From Candidatus Methanofastidiosum methylothiophilum (lineage in GTDB: Archaea > Methanobacteriota_B > Thermococci > Methanofastidiosales > Methanofastidiosaceae), in the NCBI GenBank assembly GCA_001587575.1, contig LNJC01000001.1, positions 47,864 to 111,863 on the forward strand: a stretch of DNA of 64,000 nt, given 5' to 3'. Shown here piece after piece: positions 56,539 to 64,000 of this stretch. The first letter of the stretch is position 1, and every line of letters starts with the position of its first letter. The translations under genes and the position numbers were made by a program. The notes below the pieces were generated by a model. It had not been told where the DNA came from. It ran no database searches and saw nothing but the letters and a program-made list of their open reading frames with translations.

Positions 56539-58758
56539 TTATATGTTTTTGTATGCAAAAAGAGACTGGCCAAAGGAAACTCCTCCATCACCGCATGGAA
56601 CGAGTTTATGTTCAAAATATTTTAAGCCACTTGATTCAACATTTTTCTTGATAACATCAGAGAATATCTTGTTATAGGCCACACCCCCTGAAAAGCCAAT
56701 TGGAAGATGGTCTTTTTTAGCTTCTTCAATAGCAATATCAGAAAAAGCTTTGGCAAGTGAAACATGGACAGTCTTTGCCAGGTCATTCTTGTCTTGTTTA
56801 TTTCTTAAATCAAATATTTTCTTTGCAAACTCATCTATCTTTATGATGTTGCCTTCTAATTCAATTGGTATCTTGAGGTCCTTGCCATTCCATGCTAGCG
56901 ACTCAAGCTTCATGGCAGGTTCGCCCTCGTAAGTTCTTTCCGAGCATGAAAAAAGCATCACGGAAAACATGTCAAGTATTCTGCCACAAGAAGTTGAATA
57001 AATCTTCTCTTCCCTAGTTAACTTCTTTAGAGCATCTATTCCCTCTTGACCGTATCTATACATACTGGCATAATCTGAGAGATCTTCATCCCTTAGAAGA
57101 GAAACAAGAACTCTCAAAGGTTCCTTTGCTGCTTTGTCCCCTCCTAAAAGTTGGTACTCATTCAAGTGGCCTATCCTCTCTTCGCTATTACCTTTAACAT
57201 GGAATATCTCCCCGCCCCAAGATTTCCCATCAAGACCATATCCTGTCCCATCGCAGACTATTGCTATACCTTCATTTATTTTGTTTTCAGTAAACACTGC
57301 CCGGGCATGAGAAACGTGGTGCTGTATCCGTATCAAAGGTATTCCAGTTTCTTTTGAGTATCTTTCAGCAAGCTTTGTTGTCTCATAGTGCGGGTGAAGA
57401 TCAGATATCAAAAGCTCTATCTCCTCCCTCTTCATGTTTAGAAGTGTCAGCATCTTTTTTATCGCATCTTCAAAGTACAATAGGGTATCATAATGAGTGG
57501 TATTACCAATGTGCTGAGAGATAAATGCTTTCTTTTCCTTTGTAATTGTGAACGCGTTGTTAAGTTCCGCACCAAAGGCCAAGATTTTTTTTGAGTGCGG
57601 TATGTCAATTCCTTGGGGAACAAATCCTCTTGACCTTCTTATAAACTTCCCATCGCGGATAACTGAATCGTCGCATCTATTGTATATCTTTAGGTTATGG
57701 CAAAGGAAATAATCAACATCAAGAGACTCAAAAGCAGAGCTGTTCTCAATTATCATTGGATCACCCGGCATGTTGGCCGAGGTCATAACAAAAAAATCAA
57801 TTGATGTGTAATTAAACAACAAAAAGTGAAGTGGGGAGTAAGGTAGCATTATCCCAACATTGTGAAGTCCAGGAGATGCAGTTTCAAATTGTTTTGGGTT
57901 CTTCTTTTCCAATACAACTATTGGGCGCTCGTGAGAAGAAATCAATTTTCTTTCTTCTTCACTAACTTTACAAACTTTTTCAATAGCTTCTAAATTCCTT
58001 GCAAGAATAGCAAAGGGCTGATAAGGCCTCCCAAGTCTTCTCCTAAGTTCATTTACCGGATCATTATTTAAGGCATCACAACCAATGTGGTATCCACCAA
58101 GACCTTTAATTGCAATAATTTTTCCATCTTCGAATAACTTTGCCGCAGCTTCAATAGGATTTTCTATCTTTTTTCTGGATCTATCAAAAAGCGAATAATG
58201 CGGGCCACATACAGGGCATGCTACAGGCTCTGCGTGATATCTCCTATTAAGAACATCTTTATATTCCTCTAGACAATCTGGACAAAGCTTAAACTTTCCC
58301 ATCGTCGTCATTTCCCTGTCATAGGGAGTCTTTTTTATTATTGTAAATCTTGGGCCGCAATTTGTGCAGTTGATAAATGGATAGAGGAATCTCCTATCAC
58401 TTTTTTGGAAGAGCTCCTTCTTACAATCTTCACACACACATATGTCAGGCGGAATTATTGAAGCGGAACCTGAACTTCCACCTTTACTTTCCTTTATGTA
58501 AAAAATATTAGATTTGAAATTTTCATCTGAGAACTTATCCTTTATGTCAAGCCTATCAATTTTAGCCAAAGGTGGCTTTTTTTTATCCAGATCCTCGATA
58601 AACTTACCAATCTTTTCAGATGGGCCATCAATTATAATCTCAACATATTCTCCTCTGTTTCTCACATAGCCGCTTACCCCATTTTCAACGGCAATTCTGT
58701 ATACAAATGGTCTAAATCCTACAGCCTGGACAGTTCCATAGACCATAATACTCTTCAT
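56539..58758 (-). CDS. hypF: [NiFe]-hydrogenase maturation carbamoyltransferase HypF
   Basis: It has an acylphosphatase domain (VQAVGFRPFVYRIA), two CxxC-x18-CxxC zinc fingers, a YrdC-like domain and a Kae1-like C-terminal domain. Confidence 0.85.
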   Translation of the reverse strand: MKSIMVYGTVQAVGFRPFVYRIAVENGVSGYVRNRGEYVEIIIDGPSEKIGKFIEDLDKKKPPLAKIDRLDIKDKFSDENFKSNIFYIKESKGGSSGSASIIPPDICVCEDCKKELFQKSDRRFLYPFINCTNCGPRFTIIKKTPYDREMTTMGKFKLCPDCLEEYKDVLNRRYHAEPVACPVCGPHYSLFDRSRKKIENPIEAAAKLFEDGKIIAIKGLGGYHIGCDALNNDPVNELRRRLGRPYQPFAILARNLEAIEKVCKVSEEERKLISSHERPIVVLEKKNPKQFETASPGLHNVGIMLPYSPLHFLLFNYTSIDFFVMTSANMPGDPMIIENSSAFESLDVDYFLCHNLKIYNRCDDSVIRDGKFIRRSRGFVPQGIDIPHSKKILAFGAELNNAFTITKEKKAFISQHIGNTTHYDTLLYFEDAIKKMLTLLNMKREEIELLISDLHPHYETTKLAERYSKETGIPLIRIQHHVSHARAVFTENKINEGIAIVCDGTGYGLDGKSWGGEIFHVKGNSEERIGHLNEYQLLGGDKAAKEPLRVLVSLLRDEDLSDYASMYRYGQEGIDALKKLTREEKIYSTSCGRILDMFSVMLFSCSERTYEGEPAMKLESLAWNGKDLKIPIELEGNIIKIDEFAKKIFDLRNKQDKNDLAKTVHVSLAKAFSDIAIEEAKKDHLPIGFSGGVAYNKIFSDVIKKNVESSGLKYFEHKLVPCGDGGVSFGQSLFAYKNI

Positions 58759-58904
58759 GAACTTTGCAATAATGTAGTTTATATAAAATTAATTATCAAT
58801 ATAGAACTTTTTAAGAAAAAATTGTATACCAAACGCTTATAAACGTCCGATTTCAAATATCTTTAAGGTGAAATTAATTTACTCATCAATAATTTCTAAT
58901 AAAG

Positions 58905-59915
58905 GTGAATTTCATGATCAATGTATTCATAAATGGATACGGTACAGTTGGGAAGAGGGTAGCAGATGCAGTCGCCCTCCAGAAAGATATGAAGATAATA
59001 GGCGTTTCGAAGAGAACGCCCGATTTTGATGCAGAACAGGCGATAAAGAAGGGCTATGATCTTTATTGCGTTGATGGCGCCGATGTGGACGCCTTCAAGA
59101 AGAGAGGATTGGAAACAAATGGTTACCTAAAAGATATTAAAGGCTCTGTAGACGTAGTCATAGACGGTGCTCCTGGAAAGCAGGGCGCGAAGAACATGGA
59201 GCTCTATAAGTCACTTGGTCTTAATGCCATTTTCCAAGGAGGAGAAGATGCTTCAATAGGCACCTCCTTTAACGCTCACGCTAATTTTGATAAAAATATA
59301 GGCCAGAAATACATAAGGGTCGTTTCTTGCAACACAACTGGACTTGCAAGGACATTAAGCTGCCTAAACGAAGCCAACGCCATAAAGAAGGTCAAGGCTG
59401 TAATGATTAGAAGGGCAGCAGATCCAGGCGATAACAAAAGAGGCCCTATAAATGCCATAGTACCTGAAGTAAAGGTACCCTCGCACCATGGCCCCGATTT
59501 AAAGACTGTTCTCCCAATTGATATCGAAACAGTAGCTGTAAAGGTGCCAACAACACTGATGCACCTTCACACAATAATGGTGGATTTAAAGAAGGATATA
59601 ACTAGGGAGGAAGTAATAAACTTATTCAATAACAGATCAAGAGTTATTCTAGTAAGTAAAGAAGAGGGAATAGATTCTACCGCAGATATAATGGAATTTG
59701 CAAAGAATCTGGGTAGAAATAGAGGGGACATGTATGAGATTAATGTCTGGAAGGATTCAATTAATGTAAAGGACGGAACACTTTACTATATCCAGGCTAT
59801 TCATCAGGAATCAGACATTGTCCCAGAAAATGTAGATGCCATAAGAGCAATGTTTGAAATTAAGAGTGGCCCAGAGTCAATCGAAATGACAAACAAGGCT
59901 CTCGGCATTCTATAA
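58905..59915 (+). CDS. gap: Glyceraldehyde-3-phosphate dehydrogenase, archaeal type II
   Basis: The N-terminus VFINGYGTVGKRVADAV and the catalytic-Cys segment VVSCNTTGL match archaeal type II GAPDH. Confidence 0.85.
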   Translation: MNFMINVFINGYGTVGKRVADAVALQKDMKIIGVSKRTPDFDAEQAIKKGYDLYCVDGADVDAFKKRGLETNGYLKDIKGSVDVVIDGAPGKQGAKNMELYKSLGLNAIFQGGEDASIGTSFNAHANFDKNIGQKYIRVVSCNTTGLARTLSCLNEANAIKKVKAVMIRRAADPGDNKRGPINAIVPEVKVPSHHGPDLKTVLPIDIETVAVKVPTTLMHLHTIMVDLKKDITREEVINLFNNRSRVILVSKEEGIDSTADIMEFAKNLGRNRGDMYEINVWKDSINVKDGTLYYIQAIHQESDIVPENVDAIRAMFEIKSGPESIEMTNKALGIL

Positions 59916-59940
59916 TTCTTTTGAGGGAGGGAATTTTATT

Positions 59941-61272
59941 ATGAGCGATAAAGATTTTATTGAGGATATTGTATCGAAGAAGGGAGACGATTATTTTAAA
60001 GAGATAAAAGAAGAGATTGGTACAACTAAATACATCATCAAAGCACAAATAACAGCTAGCGGGATTGTTGAAAGGCCCGATGTTGTAGGTGCCATATTTG
60101 GCCAGACCGAGGGATTGCTAAGTGATGATCTTGATTTAAGGGAGTTGCAAAAGACCGGAAGGATAGGAAGAATTAGAGTTAACATCAATTCAAAAAACGG
60201 AAAAAGCACAGGAGAGATAATAGTTCCATCAAGTCTTGATAAGGTTGAAACAGCTATTCTTGCAGCATCACTTGAGACAATAGATAGAGTGGGGCCATGC
60301 AACGCTAGAATCGATGTGACTACAATTGAAGATGTAAGGAAATCAAAGAGGAACTATGTAATCGATAGGGCCAAGATAATACTTACAACAATGGTTGATG
60401 AGATAACGCCTGAAAGCTCTGAACTTACAGACGAGGTAAAGGAATCTGTTAGAATGGGAGAAATTAAGGCCTTTGGAGAAGATCAGCTCCCGGCAGGTCC
60501 AAATGTTGATGAAAGCGATGCAATTATTGTAGTTGAAGGAAGGGCAGATGTCTTAAACTTATTGAAGTATGGAATTAAGAATACCATTGCCGTTGAAGGG
60601 ACAAGCGTTTCAAAGACAATAGCGGCCATATCCCATGAAAAGACAGTCACAGCATTTGTTGATGGCGATAGAGGGGGAGAGCTAATCCTAAAGGAGCTTT
60701 TTCAGATAGCTGAGATAGACTACATTGCAAGAGCGCCAATGGGAAAAGAAGTTGAAGACCTTACAAAAAAAGAGATAATTAAGGCCTTAAGAAACAAGAT
60801 ACCAGCAGAGCAGTGGATTGTTGAGAATATCGACAAGCCAAGAACAGAAGCCCCAAAACAACAGCCAAAACCTGAGGATAGAGAACACCCACAAAAATAC
60901 CACCACCACGAGCCACAGCAAAAACAACCCGAGCCAGTACAGCCAAAAAAACCTTATTCTGATCTAGATAGATTTGGAGAGATAATTGAAAAGTTGCCCG
61001 GGACTCTTGATGCATACCTTCTAGATGCAGACGGTAAAGTTAAGCACAAGGTTTCTGTAAGGGATTTAGTCGATGCAATGAGATACACTGAGGACTATGA
61101 AGCAGTAGTATTTGACGGTGTTGTTACTCAGAGACTTGTCGACATTGCAGGCGAGAAGGGAGTAAAGTTCCTTGTTGGCGTTAAGACAGGAAACATAACA
61201 AAGAAGCCCGTTAACTTGAAAGTAATTTCATTTAAGGAGCAAGGCGGAGAAATGGAAGCAGCAGGTGTCTAG
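59941..61272 (+). CDS. dnaG: Archaeal DnaG-type primase (Toprim), exosome-associated
   Basis: The conserved archaeal DnaG N-terminus (IIKAQITASGIVERPDVVGAIFGQTEGLL) and the Toprim segment (IIVVEGRADVLNLLKYGI...AFVDGDRGGELI) are present. Confidence 0.85.
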   Translation: MSDKDFIEDIVSKKGDDYFKEIKEEIGTTKYIIKAQITASGIVERPDVVGAIFGQTEGLLSDDLDLRELQKTGRIGRIRVNINSKNGKSTGEIIVPSSLDKVETAILAASLETIDRVGPCNARIDVTTIEDVRKSKRNYVIDRAKIILTTMVDEITPESSELTDEVKESVRMGEIKAFGEDQLPAGPNVDESDAIIVVEGRADVLNLLKYGIKNTIAVEGTSVSKTIAAISHEKTVTAFVDGDRGGELILKELFQIAEIDYIARAPMGKEVEDLTKKEIIKALRNKIPAEQWIVENIDKPRTEAPKQQPKPEDREHPQKYHHHEPQQKQPEPVQPKKPYSDLDRFGEIIEKLPGTLDAYLLDADGKVKHKVSVRDLVDAMRYTEDYEAVVFDGVVTQRLVDIAGEKGVKFLVGVKTGNITKKPVNLKVISFKEQGGEMEAAGV

Positions 61273-61501
61273 AATTAAGGTTAAACTTTCCTTTTTTTTC
61301 GACAGCGAAAAAACGGCGGAGGCTTATTACAACGGAATTTATGTTGATAATAAACCTTTTAAAGGAACTTCCATCTCTACTAGAATATATAAAGAGACCT
61401 TAGAGGTTGAATCTGAGTCTGAATCTATAGGGACTCTTAAAAATACTGTAGATGATATCATCGCATGTGTTGAGGCAATTAGGAAAACATTAGTATTATA
61501 G
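61265..61501 (+). CDS. KEOPS complex Pcc1-like subunit (tentative)
   Basis: The 78-aa pattern KVKLSFFFDSEKTAEAYYNGI...IGTLKNTVDDIIACVEAIRK resembles archaeal Pcc1, assigned from memory. Confidence 0.45.
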   Translation: MSRIKVKLSFFFDSEKTAEAYYNGIYVDNKPFKGTSISTRIYKETLEVESESESIGTLKNTVDDIIACVEAIRKTLVL

Positions 61502-61512
61502 GAGGAATTTTA

Positions 61513-62112
61513 TTGGCTAGAAAAAGAGTAGCAGGAAAAGACCCATGGAAGGCAAAGACATGGTATACCATTTATGCTCCTGACATGTTTGAGAAGAAGG
61601 AGATTGGTGAGACGATATCCGATAAACCAGAGAAGGTTTTAGGTAGAAAGATCGAGACAAATATGAAGGAGATTACAGGTGACTTAAAGAAAGGCCACAT
61701 CAAATTAATCTTTAGAGTAAAAGAAGTCACAGGCGAAAGTGCCTATACTGAATTCTTTAGACAGGAACTTTCAAGATCATACCTTAGAAGCCAGATAAGG
61801 AGAAGAAACTCAAAAGTTGACTCAATCTTCAACATAAAGACAAAGGACGGGTACAACTTGAGGGCATCAACTTCTGCAATCCTTACAACAAGGATACTTA
61901 CTTCCCAGAAGAAGGCTATAAGGGAAATAATTAATCAAGAGCTCTCATCAATTAGCGCAAACAATGACTTTGCGCAGTTCTTAGATGAAGTAACAAGTGG
62001 CAAGATGTCAAGTGAGATTTACAAGAAGGCAAGGAAAATCTACCCACTTAAGAGAGTAGAAGTCACAAAGATAAAGCTTGTTGAAAAGCCACAAACAAAA
62101 GAGGCTGCATAA
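61513..62112 (+). CDS. rps3ae: 30S ribosomal protein S3Ae
   Basis: The N-terminus is MARKRVAGKDPWKAKTWYTIYAPDMF. Confidence 0.85.
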   Translation: MARKRVAGKDPWKAKTWYTIYAPDMFEKKEIGETISDKPEKVLGRKIETNMKEITGDLKKGHIKLIFRVKEVTGESAYTEFFRQELSRSYLRSQIRRRNSKVDSIFNIKTKDGYNLRASTSAILTTRILTSQKKAIREIINQELSSISANNDFAQFLDEVTSGKMSSEIYKKARKIYPLKRVEVTKIKLVEKPQTKEAA

Positions 62113-62115
62113 ACT

Positions 62116-62523
62116 GTGGAAGATTTCCATAGTATTTTTTCTTCTTTGAAGGAACTTAAAATCCCTTTTAACTTTGATATTATAGTCGGGATTGCAAGAG
62201 GCGGGATAATCCCTTCCTCAATTTTATCATTTATTTATGAGAAAGAGCTTTTGCTCTTGTGGTTAAATCTGTATGGCGAAGGCATGCCGCCTGAAAGAGC
62301 CCACGAAAAGCCAGAACTTGTGAGACCATTTGATCATGACATTTCTGGGAAGAATATACTTATAGTAGATGATCTCTCAAGAACAGGAGAAACAATAGAA
62401 TTTGCAAAAAAGATTCTTAAAGGAAGGGGAGCATCCGAAATAAAGTCTCTTGTCCTAATTGGCAAGGGGGATTATTTTCTAGAAGAGTTTAAAGGATGCG
62501 TTAAGTTCCCCTGGAAATTTTAA
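62116..62523 (+). CDS. Phosphoribosyltransferase-domain protein
   Basis: The PRPP-binding loop ILIVDDLSRTGETIE is present. Confidence 0.55.
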   Translation: MEDFHSIFSSLKELKIPFNFDIIVGIARGGIIPSSILSFIYEKELLLLWLNLYGEGMPPERAHEKPELVRPFDHDISGKNILIVDDLSRTGETIEFAKKILKGRGASEIKSLVLIGKGDYFLEEFKGCVKFPWKF

Positions 62524-63130
62524 CTTTTGATGGCAAATCGATAAATTCTTTTATCTCTGATATTATTGCCGAGTCATTAGTTGCTATTATACCTAGACTA
62601 TTCTTTAGGGTATAATCAACGTTTGAAACAGTCTCTGAATCCCCCCTTAGATTTCTTTCTTCTAACCCATCTCTTATAATTTCAGAAATCTTCCCACTCT
62701 TACTCATCATTTTGTCTAGGTAAACTTGAGTACTTTCTGGTGGATATTTTTCCAAAAGGTCCAATATACACTCAATCGACTCTAAAGTATCCTTTGTTAT
62801 CTTATGCTTTTTTGAAACATTCCTTGTGTCCCTAATTAGCCCGTCCATTGAAACAAAGGCCTTTCCCATAAGAACTGACTCAGTTGTAATTATGACATTA
62901 TATCCATCAATGAAAATAGATTTTCCTTTTATATCTTTTAGATTTAGTTTCTTTTTTCTAGTATTATCTATATAAGACTTAGAAAAAACAGATCTTGAAA
63001 GAATGTACCTTTGCTCATTTTTTAGGCCATAATGGTCACCTACAAATCTTAGTGCATAAGATTTCGGATAGTTTCTATTCAGTAGAAGATAAAGATCTTT
63101 TTTAGCACTATCAAATGCATTATTTTTCAT
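62501..63130 (-). CDS. Conserved archaeal hypothetical protein (DUF434-like)
   Basis: A 209-aa protein; the assignment is from memory and carries no catalytic claim. Confidence 0.35.
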   Translation of the reverse strand: MKNNAFDSAKKDLYLLLNRNYPKSYALRFVGDHYGLKNEQRYILSRSVFSKSYIDNTRKKKLNLKDIKGKSIFIDGYNVIITTESVLMGKAFVSMDGLIRDTRNVSKKHKITKDTLESIECILDLLEKYPPESTQVYLDKMMSKSGKISEIIRDGLEERNLRGDSETVSNVDYTLKNSLGIIATNDSAIISEIKEFIDLPSKVKISRGT

Positions 63131-63136
63131 TAAGAA

Positions 63137-63607
63137 TTATTGTCTTTTCTTGTTAAAATTCTTTTTGGAGTTTACATCATTTAGCGTTTCACTATTATCT
63201 CTAGATTTCTCTACTTCAAGATTTTCAATTGCACGAAAGGCCACAATTTCTCTGATTAAATCAAATGGAACTGGCTCATCGAGAGGGAATTTTACTGTGC
63301 CTTTTGACCATTCATAAACAGAGATCTCGCTTTTAAATTTTTCAATTCCAGAGGGCGTCGGATAAAATCCTATATGAGTCCTATAGGCTGCAAAGTGAAC
63401 TAAGTTTTTGCCTTTAAGGACAAATGTTGGCATCCCATAGCTTATCTTCTCCTCCGCGCAAGGCGCCACTTCTTTAATTATTTCCCTTATCTTCTTTAGT
63501 TTCTCTTGAACTTCTTTAGGAAAGAGTTTGATATATCCATCAATGTCTTTGGCCATTCCTTTTTTTAGTCTTGATTTAGATTCCTCTTTTTTCATAACTT
63601 CATTCAA
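63137..63607 (-). CDS. DUF1801 (YdhG-like) domain protein
   Basis: The pattern resembles YdhG-like proteins. Confidence 0.45.
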   Translation of the reverse strand: MNEVMKKEESKSRLKKGMAKDIDGYIKLFPKEVQEKLKKIREIIKEVAPCAEEKISYGMPTFVLKGKNLVHFAAYRTHIGFYPTPSGIEKFKSEISVYEWSKGTVKFPLDEPVPFDLIREIVAFRAIENLEVEKSRDNSETLNDVNSKKNFNKKRQ

Positions 63608-63742
63608 AGTATGGCCTATATTTAATAAAATTAACTAAGTATATTCTCAATATAGGTAACATATTACCTAATAGAAAGCTTTATAAACAGATCAGATTAC
63701 AAAAGAATAAAGGTAACATATTACCTATTAGGAGGAAAAATT

Positions 63743-64000
63743 ATGGAAAAAATTTATTTACAAGCAATTGGAATATGGGTATTATTTGTATTCGTGGCAA
63801 TTTTAAACGGATCAATAAGACAGTTCTTAATATTACCAAGGGTAAATGAACTTACGGCCCACCAGATAAGCTGCTTTACAGGCGTATCATTGTTTTTCTT
63901 AGTAATGTTGCTGTGGCTTAAGTTCACAGGTGCGACATATACCGGAAATAATTTAATTGTCATAGGCATATCTTTCCTAATTGCAACAATTGTATTTGAG
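63743..64000 (+). CDS. Membrane protein, 5' partial that runs off the window end
   Basis: The ATG at 63743 follows a GGAGG RBS. The region is hydrophobic, and the frame stays open to position 64000. Confidence 0.4.
   Translation, partial: MEKIYLQAIGIWVLFVFVAILNGSIRQFLILPRVNELTAHQISCFTGVSLFFLVMLLWLKFTGATYTGNNLIVIGISFLIATIVFE

Noticed and set aside
1-64000. Mobile elements, integrases and prophage next to the two tRNAs
   Set aside because: No integrase, transposase or direct repeats of tRNA 3' ends were seen. The neighbours of the tRNAs are ordinary metabolic and channel genes.

Overview
The window is a chromosomal segment from a low-GC (roughly mid-30s %) archaeon, on the evidence of type II GAPDH, archaeal DnaG, aIF5A with the hypusine motif, an Sm-L37e operon, ribosomal S3Ae, Dph2 and Dph6, a Sec11-type signal peptidase, a KEOPS Pcc1-like protein, archaeal cloverleaf tRNAs preceded by TATA boxes, and two S-layer paralogs whose N- and C-terminal domains resemble the Methanococcales S-layer family. 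The sequence is densely coding and mostly housekeeping: a partial topA at the 5' edge, proB-proA-proC, eIF5A, the H+-pyrophosphatase, argC-argB, glmS, DNA repair genes (nth, NreA), HypF, dnaG, rpS3Ae, two tRNAs (Ala-GGC, Ile-GAT) and many transporters and membrane proteins. No CRISPR array, rRNA or recognisable mobile element was seen. Seven items are worth follow-up. (1) A translationally coupled pair at 16180-19715: an 876-aa phosphotransferase with rifampin-phosphotransferase-like domain order (ATP-grasp/PPDK_N, a ~450-aa unknown domain, and a PEP-utilizing phospho-His swivel domain), followed by a 301-aa protein carrying motifs that resemble CrtC/AttH lipocalin-like hydratases. (2) An ORF-free ~430-bp region at 15746-16179 with coding-like base composition, four copies of TTCGAC and stable hairpins, a candidate structured ncRNA. 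(3) Tandem S-layer paralogs at 5995-11147 in which nearly nucleotide-identical internal blocks sit among diverged segments, consistent with gene conversion. (4) Palindromic operator-like sites in the promoter and 5' leader of the second S-layer gene. (5) An Sm-L37e-Toprim/coiled-coil operon. (6) An alpha/beta-hydrolase gene interrupted at a 7-G homopolymer, which also overlaps tRNA-Ile. (7) A hydantoinase, omega-transaminase and isochorismatase cluster. All functional calls rest on motif recognition from memory; no database searches were run.
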